Shown: positions 34,795-43,398 of the stretch, piece by piece
Layout of the letters: the number at the start of each line of letters is the position of its first letter
Numbering within the stretch: position 1 is the first letter of the stretch
Program-made: the position numbers and the translations under genes
The notes under the pieces: model-generated
The model's input: only the letters and a program-made list of their open reading frames with translations
Databases searched by the model: none
What the model was told of the DNA's origin: nothing
DNA from: a virus
Taxonomy: Duplodnaviria > Caudoviricetes
DNA: 45,043 nucleotides
Virus record (IMG/VR): IMGVR_UViG_3300032218_004038
Location: 1-45,043 of that record
Reading direction: 5' to 3' (one strand)

Positions 34795-36177
34795 TTATTG
34801 GGTTAAGTCGTAGAAGGATATGGCGCCAATACCTCCGCCTGTAGTTGCACCACCTGTTGTCACAGTTCTTGCTACCAAAGTTAAAGTATCGCTAACACCG
34901 GCAATAGATGCACCTAATTGCATGTCCCAGTTGTACCCTGCGCCAACCGATAAAATACTTCGCCCCGTTTTGCCAGTAGCAAACTCCGCATAAACTAAAG
35001 TTCCGCCGGTATACGAAGTAGAACTAATATCATATTCAACATTGGAATCTGACGCTACCGCGGACCATGATGGGGCAGAAAGAGTTGCGTTTTTTACAAG
35101 CGCAATTTGAAAATTGTCTGCGGTGGACGGTAAAAAATTAAGTGTAGTTGGCAATACCACTGCCCCAGTTCTTCCAGAAGCTAGTCGTATAGAGATTAAT
35201 GGTTTATAGGAAGTTGTTAAATAAGAAGAAGCAGTAAGATTTGTCATGGAAGCGGAATGCTCAACCGAAGTTGCTTCAAATCCCCCTTCTGATATTACAG
35301 AAGAACAAATCTGTGTCAGGGTAGCCGTCACCGCAGAGGTCGAAACGATCTCATATCGCACCGGCAAAATAGCCGTGGTCATGTAGACCGTGCTGCCATA
35401 TACGTTTGCGGTATTGAAGGTGTGACAGACGATGTACTCACCATTGATGATGAATCCACATCGAACCGATCCAACACCCAACCACTCAAAGTCCATCCAT
35501 AGGATCTGCGGGTGAGTCAGGTCTAAGGTCAGACCGGATGTCCCAGTGCCATCTAACTTATCCCCGTTCCAGCTTGACTGTGCAACTGATCGAGTGTCGT
35601 TTACTGAACCGCCCGTATAAGAGCGCAAAGTGAAAGCATTGGTGCCATCAACTTTGGAAAAGAACACGCCGTTTTGAGCGTTGAAGTACCCAACTTTCTG
35701 GCTTAGGTTGGCGCTGTTGCTGGTGTCCATCTGAAACGTAGCGAGCACCAACAGACCTTTTCCGGGCTGGTACGGAAATGACCTGAACGTCTGACGAACA
35801 ACCGAACCCACGCCACCCGCCGTCACACTCATGCTGACACTGGACTGGTTGGTATTGAACGTCGTCGACCCAGTGCCACTAGTAGAGGTATCAAACTGGT
35901 TGTCAGCAGCGTAGCGGCTTTGACTATCAAACAGCGTATACGGTTGGCTAACCCGCTGCCGCCCAAACGCATCTAGGGCAGTAGATGGAAACGTGATGGG
36001 GAGAGAAGTTCCAGAAGCCACTAGCTGTCCAAAAAGATTATTTACTTGGTTAAAATACAGCCGCAGGATGTTGTTTAGCTGGTCAATATACCGCTTATCG
36101 TAGTCCTTCGGAGCATCTGGCAACCGTGGGGCAACGATTCCGTTAAGATCAAACTCGGTCTTAACGAAAAAACTCAT
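34795..36177 (-). CDS. Tail-associated structural protein (460 aa)
   Basis: ATGA-overlap start; PRLPDAPKDYD...LRLYFNQ followed by a beta-rich DAFGRQRVSQPYTLFD domain. Confidence 0.65.
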   Translation of the reverse strand: MSFFVKTEFDLNGIVAPRLPDAPKDYDKRYIDQLNNILRLYFNQVNNLFGQLVASGTSLPITFPSTALDAFGRQRVSQPYTLFDSQSRYAADNQFDTSTSGTGSTTFNTNQSSVSMSVTAGGVGSVVRQTFRSFPYQPGKGLLVLATFQMDTSNSANLSQKVGYFNAQNGVFFSKVDGTNAFTLRSYTGGSVNDTRSVAQSSWNGDKLDGTGTSGLTLDLTHPQILWMDFEWLGVGSVRCGFIINGEYIVCHTFNTANVYGSTVYMTTAILPVRYEIVSTSAVTATLTQICSSVISEGGFEATSVEHSASMTNLTASSYLTTSYKPLISIRLASGRTGAVVLPTTLNFLPSTADNFQIALVKNATLSAPSWSAVASDSNVEYDISSTSYTGGTLVYAEFATGKTGRSILSVGAGYNWDMQLGASIAGVSDTLTLVARTVTTGGATTGGGIGAISFYDLTQ

Positions 36178-38297
36178 CTCCGACCATCCTTGCGGATGTC
36201 CATCCGTGGCGCTCCCAGTTGCCACTGCAACCCAAGCTGGTTGCCTTGAATCTTAAACGACATCTGCCGACCGCGGATCCGGGTAAGAATCTGACCCGTA
36301 AACTTCTCCACCGGGTATTGTGCTGTACGTACAACAGACGCACTGTTTGTACCGCCAACGGATAACGGATCATTGTATCCCGACCCTGAGTTGGCCAAAG
36401 GCAGCAACGACATAGTGACCTGAGGCTGGGCAGCACTAGACCCCGTAAACTTAACGTCCGGGATAATCCGCCAGACAAACCCAAAGTCGTTACCGTCTTG
36501 GATGTCAAACTCTGACGTAGTGATGTATGAGTCAATAGCCGCGGGAGTACCCGTGGTATTGTCGTCCGTGCCGCTTTCATGGTTGACGAGGACGTTGTTG
36601 TACGTAGCAGCAATTGGGTAAAAATTCAGCCCACTGTCAATCCACGCAGTCCGGCTCATCGTCCCGTAGTACCAAACGTTCTCGAGGTAGTTGTACACCA
36701 CGTAGTTGGTGATGGTGTTTGAGGTTCCTATGCAGTAGAACCACCAGACCTCGTTGAACCCCTCGTTGGTGCTGCAATAGACCTGATCAAACTCGGACTT
36801 ATTAATTCCAGTCTCTGCATCAAACACATACTGCCGCAAGTCACAGTTCAACGTCTGCACTCGACCATCGTAGACATAAAATTTGTCTACGCCCATCCAG
36901 TACGTTACTCCCGATGCCAAAGTGGCAGCATTTGGGCCAGCAATCGAAATGTTGTCTCCAAGCAGTTGAACCCCCCAAATGTACGGGGCCCCAATGTACT
37001 GCATTGAGTATATGGAACTGTCGGTGATTACTACGATCTCTTGACGACTTTGTATTGCCGTCACAATCTTTGAACCGTGAGACAACCGCACACTTCCAGA
37101 GGTAGAAGCGTCTCCTGCCGGATTGGTCGCATTTGGATCCCAAAGTGCAGGAAATCCTGCATCAGACCAACGAATCAACACAGGATCCAGTGTCGTATCG
37201 TTCTCAGGCGTTGTACCAAAAAAGATGAGGTAACGACTTACATCCGATACCAGCATGTAGTTCTGATACAGCGGCACCATGGATGCCCCGCTCAAGCTGG
37301 ACAGCGGGATTCCTCGAGGCGAAAACGTGTGAACGCCAGATTGCGTTCCGGACGTAACGATTGGTGTACCGCTTGACGTGGCGGCAAGGTTGAACGTGTT
37401 TCCTGTCGAATTTACAACGTAGTACACCACCCCCGGGATAAGACCCGTAGGCAAAGCTCCCGTAGTACTGAGCGTCACCGCAGTCGTATCATCCAACGTT
37501 GCACTGGAAGAAACTACCGCAGGAGAAGCAATAGTCACCGTAAAGGGTACATACTCATACCCGATCAGTGCGCTCCAATAATAAGGAACCCCGGTCCGCG
37601 GTCCGTAAATCAAGTCCTGTCCAAAATTGGTCTGGTTCCAAATCCTCAACCCATCGGTAGAGCTTCCTCCGATACCCCATCCGCCAGAGCCCCAAGGACC
37701 TGCGCCCCAGCCATAAAGAGGCGTCGAGATATCCGGACCAACCCCGACTTGATACACCGCATATACAGTTCCTCCGCCACCGGGAGGATAGGCCACCGTT
37801 GAAGAAGCATTCCCGGAAGCCGTAATTGTGTACGTGTTGATGTCAACCACGGTCAACGTATATTCGTTATTCAACGAAAGACCGCCAACCGTAGAAGAAT
37901 TGTAGAAAGTGACGTAATCCCCAGTTGACGCGCCGTGCGCCGTAGCATGAACGGTAACTGTTGGTGTGCCGCTGACCGTGGAGAACGGATTGGTCAGTGT
38001 TGCTTCATTTTTGATGGGAGTGACATCAAAAAAGCTACCGCCGCCGCCGGTTGAGATATAGAACTTTTTGCTTGTCCCAACCCCCAACAAGATCTGCAAA
38101 TTGAGCGTGGCCCATGACCACAGCGACCGGCAAAGCCCCAGAAAAGTGGTAGTCGAAAACTGCGTCCAGCCACCAATCTTCTCCGGCGTGCCCTGCCGGA
38201 AACGGATCTTATCGCAAGAGTAGTAACCACCCTCGTTGGTGTATCGCGTGTTTTCGCGGTTCACACCCGGCTTGAACAGCAGCTTTTGTAAGGGCAT
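36174..38297 (-). CDS. Tail tube/hub (stabilization-type) protein
   Basis: KPGVNRENTRY...RFRQGTPEKIGGW; IRWSD; NEGFNEVWWFY; YVVYNY...WYYG...RTAW; RIRGRQ. Confidence 0.7.
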   Translation of the reverse strand: MPLQKLLFKPGVNRENTRYTNEGGYYSCDKIRFRQGTPEKIGGWTQFSTTTFLGLCRSLWSWATLNLQILLGVGTSKKFYISTGGGGSFFDVTPIKNEATLTNPFSTVSGTPTVTVHATAHGASTGDYVTFYNSSTVGGLSLNNEYTLTVVDINTYTITASGNASSTVAYPPGGGGTVYAVYQVGVGPDISTPLYGWGAGPWGSGGWGIGGSSTDGLRIWNQTNFGQDLIYGPRTGVPYYWSALIGYEYVPFTVTIASPAVVSSSATLDDTTAVTLSTTGALPTGLIPGVVYYVVNSTGNTFNLAATSSGTPIVTSGTQSGVHTFSPRGIPLSSLSGASMVPLYQNYMLVSDVSRYLIFFGTTPENDTTLDPVLIRWSDAGFPALWDPNATNPAGDASTSGSVRLSHGSKIVTAIQSRQEIVVITDSSIYSMQYIGAPYIWGVQLLGDNISIAGPNAATLASGVTYWMGVDKFYVYDGRVQTLNCDLRQYVFDAETGINKSEFDQVYCSTNEGFNEVWWFYCIGTSNTITNYVVYNYLENVWYYGTMSRTAWIDSGLNFYPIAATYNNVLVNHESGTDDNTTGTPAAIDSYITTSEFDIQDGNDFGFVWRIIPDVKFTGSSAAQPQVTMSLLPLANSGSGYNDPLSVGGTNSASVVRTAQYPVEKFTGQILTRIRGRQMSFKIQGNQLGLQWQLGAPRMDIRKDGRR

Positions 38298-38734
38298 TAT
38301 TTGCTCGCTACGCCTTTGTGCTTCTCAAAGCTCCGCATCCCACCAAAACCGAGCAGGCCAGCGAGGAGCGTCATGAGTTGCTCAACATCGAGGTCAGGGG
38401 GCGGGTGCAAGTCTTTAGGAATGATATCCATACCTTGGCCAAAAGACCAGCCCCACTGCATCAGGGGATAGCCGAGGAACTGGTAAATGAGGCCAAGTAC
38501 CCCAACCCAACCCACAGCAGGACGCCAACCAGAGACAAATAGGCTAGAAGACGCCGCTTCGATTTTATTGACATCCACCTGCGCGAGGTCTGTAGTCTGG
38601 TCAATCCGCTTCTCTTCAAGGTCAAGTTTGCGGTCTTCCAGCGCCATCTGAAGGCGTTCTTTGTCAGTCGTAATGAGGTCGCCCGCGACCTTGCCCACGC
38701 CTTCAATGATGCTCCCTATCCCGATTAGGTCCAT
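38297..38734 (-). CDS. Holin (3TM/GTA-type)
   Basis: FVSGWRPAVGWV...LLGFGGMRSFEK; adjacent to the endolysin. Confidence 0.85.
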   Translation of the reverse strand: MDLIGIGSIIEGVGKVAGDLITTDKERLQMALEDRKLDLEEKRIDQTTDLAQVDVNKIEAASSSLFVSGWRPAVGWVGVLGLIYQFLGYPLMQWGWSFGQGMDIIPKDLHPPPDLDVEQLMTLLAGLLGFGGMRSFEKHKGVASK

Positions 38735-39243
38735 TACTTGAGTCCTTGCAAGGTTCTGTTAATCCAGCCGAGAAGGAACTTTGATTGCCCTCTGTCTTTG
38801 TTGCAGATCTGTGCGTACCGGCTTATTTTTGCTAGCGCATACGCTGGTAAAAACTTCTCTGCCGTACAGATATTTAAACGTTCGACGGTTTTTGCACCGA
38901 TTGCGCCGTCTGGGGTGACGCCAACGATGAGTTGGGCAAGTTTGGATGCGACTCCGACTCCGGTGTTGACGGAGAAGTTAAAGATGGTTTCTGCGATAGC
39001 TTGGTCCGTAATGTCATCACCTCGGACACGATCCCAAAAATTAGACTTATAGAATTCGCGGACCAAAGGCGTAGCTGACCCAAAGTCTTTACGGTCGATG
39101 TGCTGCCATCCTGCCCAGTCCGGGTTTTGTTTTCTTGCGATACCTGCATACGTTTGTCCTCCCCGGTCGCCCGGAATGTCCGTTAATTGGTATCCACCTT
39201 CGTCGTGGATCATTTTTTCAAAGGCGGGAGTGAAGTCAGCCAT
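38734..39243 (-). CDS. Endolysin, glycoside hydrolase family 108 with C-terminal peptidoglycan-binding motif
   Basis: EGGY...DRGGQTYAGI, VTPDGAIGAKT, FLLGWINR. Confidence 0.92.
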   Translation of the reverse strand: MADFTPAFEKMIHDEGGYQLTDIPGDRGGQTYAGIARKQNPDWAGWQHIDRKDFGSATPLVREFYKSNFWDRVRGDDITDQAIAETIFNFSVNTGVGVASKLAQLIVGVTPDGAIGAKTVERLNICTAEKFLPAYALAKISRYAQICNKDRGQSKFLLGWINRTLQGLK

Positions 39244-39406
39244 TTTTGTCTTTCATCTTGTTGTACAAGTCAAAGAGCATCTTGACTTTTTCTTCAAGAA
39301 CCGCGGTCCGTTGATGGTGCTGCGCGAGCACAATCACTACGCTGATCATTCCTGCAAGAAGAGGCCAGAACTTAACCAGATGTTCAAGAGAGCTTTCCAC
39401 TTCCAT
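39236..39406 (-). CDS. Small single-TM + coiled-coil lysis-cassette protein (56 aa, not in ORF track)
   Basis: MEVESSLEHLVKFWPLLAGMISVVIVLAQHHQRTAVLEEKVKMLFDLYNKMKDKNG*. Confidence 0.65.
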   Translation of the reverse strand: MEVESSLEHLVKFWPLLAGMISVVIVLAQHHQRTAVLEEKVKMLFDLYNKMKDKNG

Positions 39407-39827
39407 ACCTTTTTTCGTATTCAGTCCGTAGAAAGGTTACTTTTTTGCGCCCGTCGTGACGCTTGACTCTACCTACGGCAGGGGGGCTGTTCAAATATTC
39501 TGCGGCTCGCAGGAGCATGTCTGGGTTGTCCTCAAAGATACCTAGCGCAGAATTGCAACGTTTACATAAGATTCCGCGAACGTCATCTGAGTCGTGGCAG
39601 TGGTCAACTGCAAACTTGTACTGTTTGAGCTGAAGAGGCCGGTCACAAATGGCACAATTATACCCCTGAAATTTCAACAGGAAGTCATAATCTGTGGGGG
39701 ACAACCCAAACCGATCCAAACGGTTTATGTCTGACTTGCACGAACTGCACAGGAAGTAGCTTTTATTGCCGTGAACTATGAGGTCTTCACGCAGAAACTC
39801 ACCCCGGCAGATGGCGCAAAACAACAT
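39384..39827 (-). CDS. Endonuclease VII-like (HNH-fold) nuclease
   Basis: QGYNCAIC...VDHCH...VRGILCKRCNSALG...D...L.RA.EYL plus N-terminal CxxC pair. Confidence 0.88.
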   Translation of the reverse strand: MLFCAICRGEFLREDLIVHGNKSYFLCSSCKSDINRLDRFGLSPTDYDFLLKFQGYNCAICDRPLQLKQYKFAVDHCHDSDDVRGILCKRCNSALGIFEDNPDMLLRAAEYLNSPPAVGRVKRHDGRKKVTFLRTEYEKRYGSGKLS

Positions 39828-39833
39828 ATAAAT

Positions 39834-39859
39834 ACCCCCGGCGGGTTGGCGCCGGGGGT
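39834..39859 (-). terminator. GC-rich hairpin (terminator or translational control element)
   Basis: ACCCCCGGCG-N6-CGCCGGGGGT followed by ATTTAT and the endonuclease ATG. Confidence 0.55.
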
Positions 39860-39865
39860 TTGGCC

Positions 39866-40081
39866 TTAGTCGTTAGTCTGTTCGTCTTCGGCAACATTCG
39901 ATACCATTGCTGCTGCATCGGCAACATCGGAAAGAGCATCGACTGTCGAAGAAAATAGTTCAGTCAAAGTAAAACGGCCAATTCCGTTTTCTTCGGCCAC
40001 AGCGTAACAAACAGCGATCAAAGCTTGCAGAGCATCAACCGGCTCCGAACCGTCAATAACTTCGATGATAAGATCTTTCAT
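39866..40081 (-). CDS. Small acidic hypothetical protein (71 aa)
   Basis: Start reassigned to ATG 40081 after GGAG. Confidence 0.65.
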   Translation of the reverse strand: MKDLIIEVIDGSEPVDALQALIAVCYAVAEENGIGRFTLTELFSSTVDALSDVADAAAMVSNVAEDEQTND

Positions 40082-40147
40082 GAAAATCTCCGAAAGTTGG
40101 TGGGCGGATGCCCATGGCAAGTTTACGGTTCGTACAAGACAGGAAAA

Positions 40148-40459
40148 TTACTTCCTCGCCATGCGGTCTTCGATAATGCTGATGTGTTTTTGATTCTCAT
40201 GAATCATGTCGCGGTTGTGCTGGATTTCTTTTTCCATATCCTGCCGCAACTTCTCTCGCGCCAGTTCAGCCCCAGAGTTGGCAGCTTGTTTGTTGTCGCT
40301 GGTTACGACAAGGGAGATTTTGGCGTTGAGTACCGTCACATCATGCGTAAGTTTGTCGAGCGCAGACATCAGGTACACAACACAGGTGAAAAGGATTGGA
40401 AGCACGGCAAAAGCCGTTTTCTCGATGAGTTGAGATTTGGCCTCTAACTTTTCAGTCAT
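40148..40459 (-). CDS. Single-TM coiled-coil protein (holin/antiholin-like)
   Basis: Hydrophobic AFAVLPILFTCVVYLM then coiled coil; ATGA coupling to the tailspike gene. Confidence 0.6.
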   Translation of the reverse strand: MTEKLEAKSQLIEKTAFAVLPILFTCVVYLMSALDKLTHDVTVLNAKISLVVTSDNKQAANSGAELAREKLRQDMEKEIQHNRDMIHENQKHISIIEDRMARK

Positions 40460-43389
40460 GCTTTAGCCTCCAACTCCTGCACACGGGCGGTCAGTTCTTG
40501 GATTGCCTTGATGAGCGGGGCAATCAGTTCGTCGTAACCAATCGTCAGAACATCTTGACCATCTTTAACGGAATGGTCCTGATACCCGCCAAAGTCAATG
40601 CCTTGCGCGTCAAGAACAGCTTTGACCTCTTGAGCAATCAAGCCATGGTGGTACCGACTGCGCTTCTTACTTCCATCATGGGTGATGTTTGATAGGTTGC
40701 AAGCTTCGACCCACGCCGCCATCGCGGCTTTGTCGGTAGTGTCCTCTGGCCTAGCTGGTTTGTAGTCGTCCCGTGCATCCCATTTGTAGTCCACAGGACG
40801 TAAAGCATTGATGAACCCCAGACCAAGCTGCGTATCTCGAACGTCTGCTTTATCCCGAATGTCAGAACGGTTTTGAACCGTGCCGTAGACGTATGTTGTA
40901 GTGGTCGAACTACCTAGTTGAACCTGATTGTTTCCAGTTACGTCTGTACTTGCCCCCAAACCAGAACAGTTTGAGTATGTTGCAAGTGCCCCAAGGGCGT
41001 TGTATCCAACTGCGGTGTTAAACGCATACCCTGCTCCGGCGCTGACGTTAGATAGCGACAACGCCCCAATTGCCGTGTTTGCATCGGCAGTAGCACTAAC
41101 TAACGCTGCATATCCAACCGCAGTGTTGTTGCCCCGAGTGGTTATCGCGCCCCCCGTATACGCACCAATCATGGTGTTCCCAACGCCTGTAGTTGCGGCG
41201 AGGAAAGCGTCTTTACCAAAAACAGTGTTTTGGACGTTAGCCGTTCCCGGACCAACGCCGAGTGACAAGCCATTAACCGTGGTGTTTCCGCTAATAACAG
41301 GAGTGGTAATTGTGGGGCTGGTTGCAAGAACTACGTTGCCGGAACCTGTCCCGGTGATTGCTCCGCCAAGAGTAAGACTTCCTGAACTGGTTACAGTCCC
41401 ACTCAAAGTTAATCCGCTAACCGTTCCAGTACCACTAACTGAGGTTACCGTTCCTCCGCCACCACCGCCACCACCCGCAGCCCACGACAATTGCCCAGAC
41501 GCATCAGTCTGTAGGTAGTATCCAGCCGTTGGATTGCCCGCAGGCCATGTGTATTGCGAGATGCTGGCCGTCACCGTGGACGGAACCGCGAACTGCAAGT
41601 ACCCAGAGGTTGCGCCATACATCCGAAGTTGACCGCCAGTCCCACCGTTATTGCCCAAATACATAGGCAAAAGACTATTGACGTAGCTGTTTGTGAACGT
41701 CATCGCCCCAATAGCAGCAGACCCACCAGCATTGGAAATTTGAACGTTAAGCGCTTTGCTACCACGGTCGTAAGTAATCGAACTATTTGGGTTAAACGCA
41801 AGCAATGGATTGCTGCTACTCAACGCCATGTAATAGTTGTCATCTACCGAGTAACGAGGCACTCGGTTTTGAATATTGCTGTTTCCCGTTGCGTAGTTGT
41901 TGTATGGACCTAGCGTATTACTGTACAGCGCAGTATTGCCAGCTAGATAAACAATTGCTGAAGCTGCGTTGATGCCGTATCCGGTGTTGCCTACCGACTT
42001 ACCGCCAGAGATACGAACTTCATAATCATTGATAGATGCCCCAATCCGAATCCCATCTTGCGAAGCAACAGGATAAGTTGGCCACGTCCCCGCCCCAAGG
42101 ATGTAGGGCATCTCAAAGTCATAATCCAACCCCGAAGTAATCTCAATCCCGTGGCTAGCGGGGTAGTCCACTTCAATCTGACCAAACCGACCAATTGCTG
42201 GAACAGTTGCTCCGGATGAGTTCTGGATAATCATCCCCTTGCCGCCGCCTGCTCCTCCTACAATACCAAGATACTTGGCGGTCAAAGAGTTACAGTTGCC
42301 GTCCCAGTCCATCCCGTAATAACCCGCACCGGGGCTAATAATGGCAAAAACAATGTTAAGGATGTCGGAGCGTTGAGTACTGTTTCCGTACCAAGTAATA
42401 CCGGGGCCACGAACTGTTGCCCACATCCACTCAACCGACACCGTATTGGCCTTGGTAACGTACAGACCCGCACCAGCATTATAAATATGGAGCTTGCTTA
42501 CCTTAACTCTGTTACCGTTACCAACATAAAGGGCGTAGTAACCCGCTGTTTGAACAGCCGAATTAAACGTCAACGATACTTCGTTCCCAAACGTGGTTAA
42601 CCATGCTGAGCCACTACCAGACCCCACTCCTGTAGCAGTAAACGTCGTCCCAACCGCGTTTGATGAAGCGCCAATCAGCGTAAAGTTAGTGGACCCAACA
42701 GTGGTGATGACATAGGTCTTGCCCACAACAAACGACCCCGCCGCAGTGGTCGCTTCAGCACCAATAACCACGCCCTGAATAGCACCGGAGGGCCTCAGTA
42801 TCCCCGGACCTCCAACAATTTGGTTGTCGGTAGTAATCTTGAGCGATGCGCCGGAGAACAGATAAGTCTTGCCCAGCGACAAGAACACGTCAAACCCTGA
42901 GTCCAGCGCCGCTTGCAACGCCACGCGGTCATTCGTTGTTCCATCCCCAATCGCGCCAAACTGCTCAGGAGTGACACTGATTTTGACCTGCGTGGCCGAA
43001 GTCGAAGCTTTGACAAAATCCGAGCCGTTCCATGCAACAACGCATTTTTCGCCCGCATCGACCGTTACACCCGTCGTTGGCCCAACTCCCCGAAGGACAA
43101 TCGACTGCGTGCTGCTTGCATTGATGACCACATACGTCTTGCTTCGAGCAGGAGCCGTGATGTATCGAGTCACGGTGCCCGAGGCGGTCCACAGAATAAT
43201 CGCTTCCCGGGCCTGATTTACGTTCTCTTCCGTGGTGGTCAAAGTCACATCTGAGTCCGCAGACAGCGTAGTCGTGCCCGCTATCGCAGAATCAATAAGC
43301 GATGTGATCGAATTGTTGACCAGATTTCCCCAAGATCCAGAGTTTGAACCCTGAACCGGAAGGGCCAGACCAAGAAGCGGAGTTGCCAT
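40456..43389 (-). CDS. Tailspike/tail fibre with beta-helix region and C-terminal intramolecular chaperone (peptidase S74)
   Basis: PEQFGAIGDGTTNDRVALQAA, NTAVG/NTAIG repeats, SDIRDK...LRPVDYKW...HGLIAQEV...YDELIAPLIKAIQEL. Confidence 0.88.
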   Translation of the reverse strand: MATPLLGLALPVQGSNSGSWGNLVNNSITSLIDSAIAGTTTLSADSDVTLTTTEENVNQAREAIILWTASGTVTRYITAPARSKTYVVINASSTQSIVLRGVGPTTGVTVDAGEKCVVAWNGSDFVKASTSATQVKISVTPEQFGAIGDGTTNDRVALQAALDSGFDVFLSLGKTYLFSGASLKITTDNQIVGGPGILRPSGAIQGVVIGAEATTAAGSFVVGKTYVITTVGSTNFTLIGASSNAVGTTFTATGVGSGSGSAWLTTFGNEVSLTFNSAVQTAGYYALYVGNGNRVKVSKLHIYNAGAGLYVTKANTVSVEWMWATVRGPGITWYGNSTQRSDILNIVFAIISPGAGYYGMDWDGNCNSLTAKYLGIVGGAGGGKGMIIQNSSGATVPAIGRFGQIEVDYPASHGIEITSGLDYDFEMPYILGAGTWPTYPVASQDGIRIGASINDYEVRISGGKSVGNTGYGINAASAIVYLAGNTALYSNTLGPYNNYATGNSNIQNRVPRYSVDDNYYMALSSSNPLLAFNPNSSITYDRGSKALNVQISNAGGSAAIGAMTFTNSYVNSLLPMYLGNNGGTGGQLRMYGATSGYLQFAVPSTVTASISQYTWPAGNPTAGYYLQTDASGQLSWAAGGGGGGGGTVTSVSGTGTVSGLTLSGTVTSSGSLTLGGAITGTGSGNVVLATSPTITTPVISGNTTVNGLSLGVGPGTANVQNTVFGKDAFLAATTGVGNTMIGAYTGGAITTRGNNTAVGYAALVSATADANTAIGALSLSNVSAGAGYAFNTAVGYNALGALATYSNCSGLGASTDVTGNNQVQLGSSTTTTYVYGTVQNRSDIRDKADVRDTQLGLGFINALRPVDYKWDARDDYKPARPEDTTDKAAMAAWVEACNLSNITHDGSKKRSRYHHGLIAQEVKAVLDAQGIDFGGYQDHSVKDGQDVLTIGYDELIAPLIKAIQELTARVQELEAKA

Positions 43390-43398
43390 GTCTATCCT

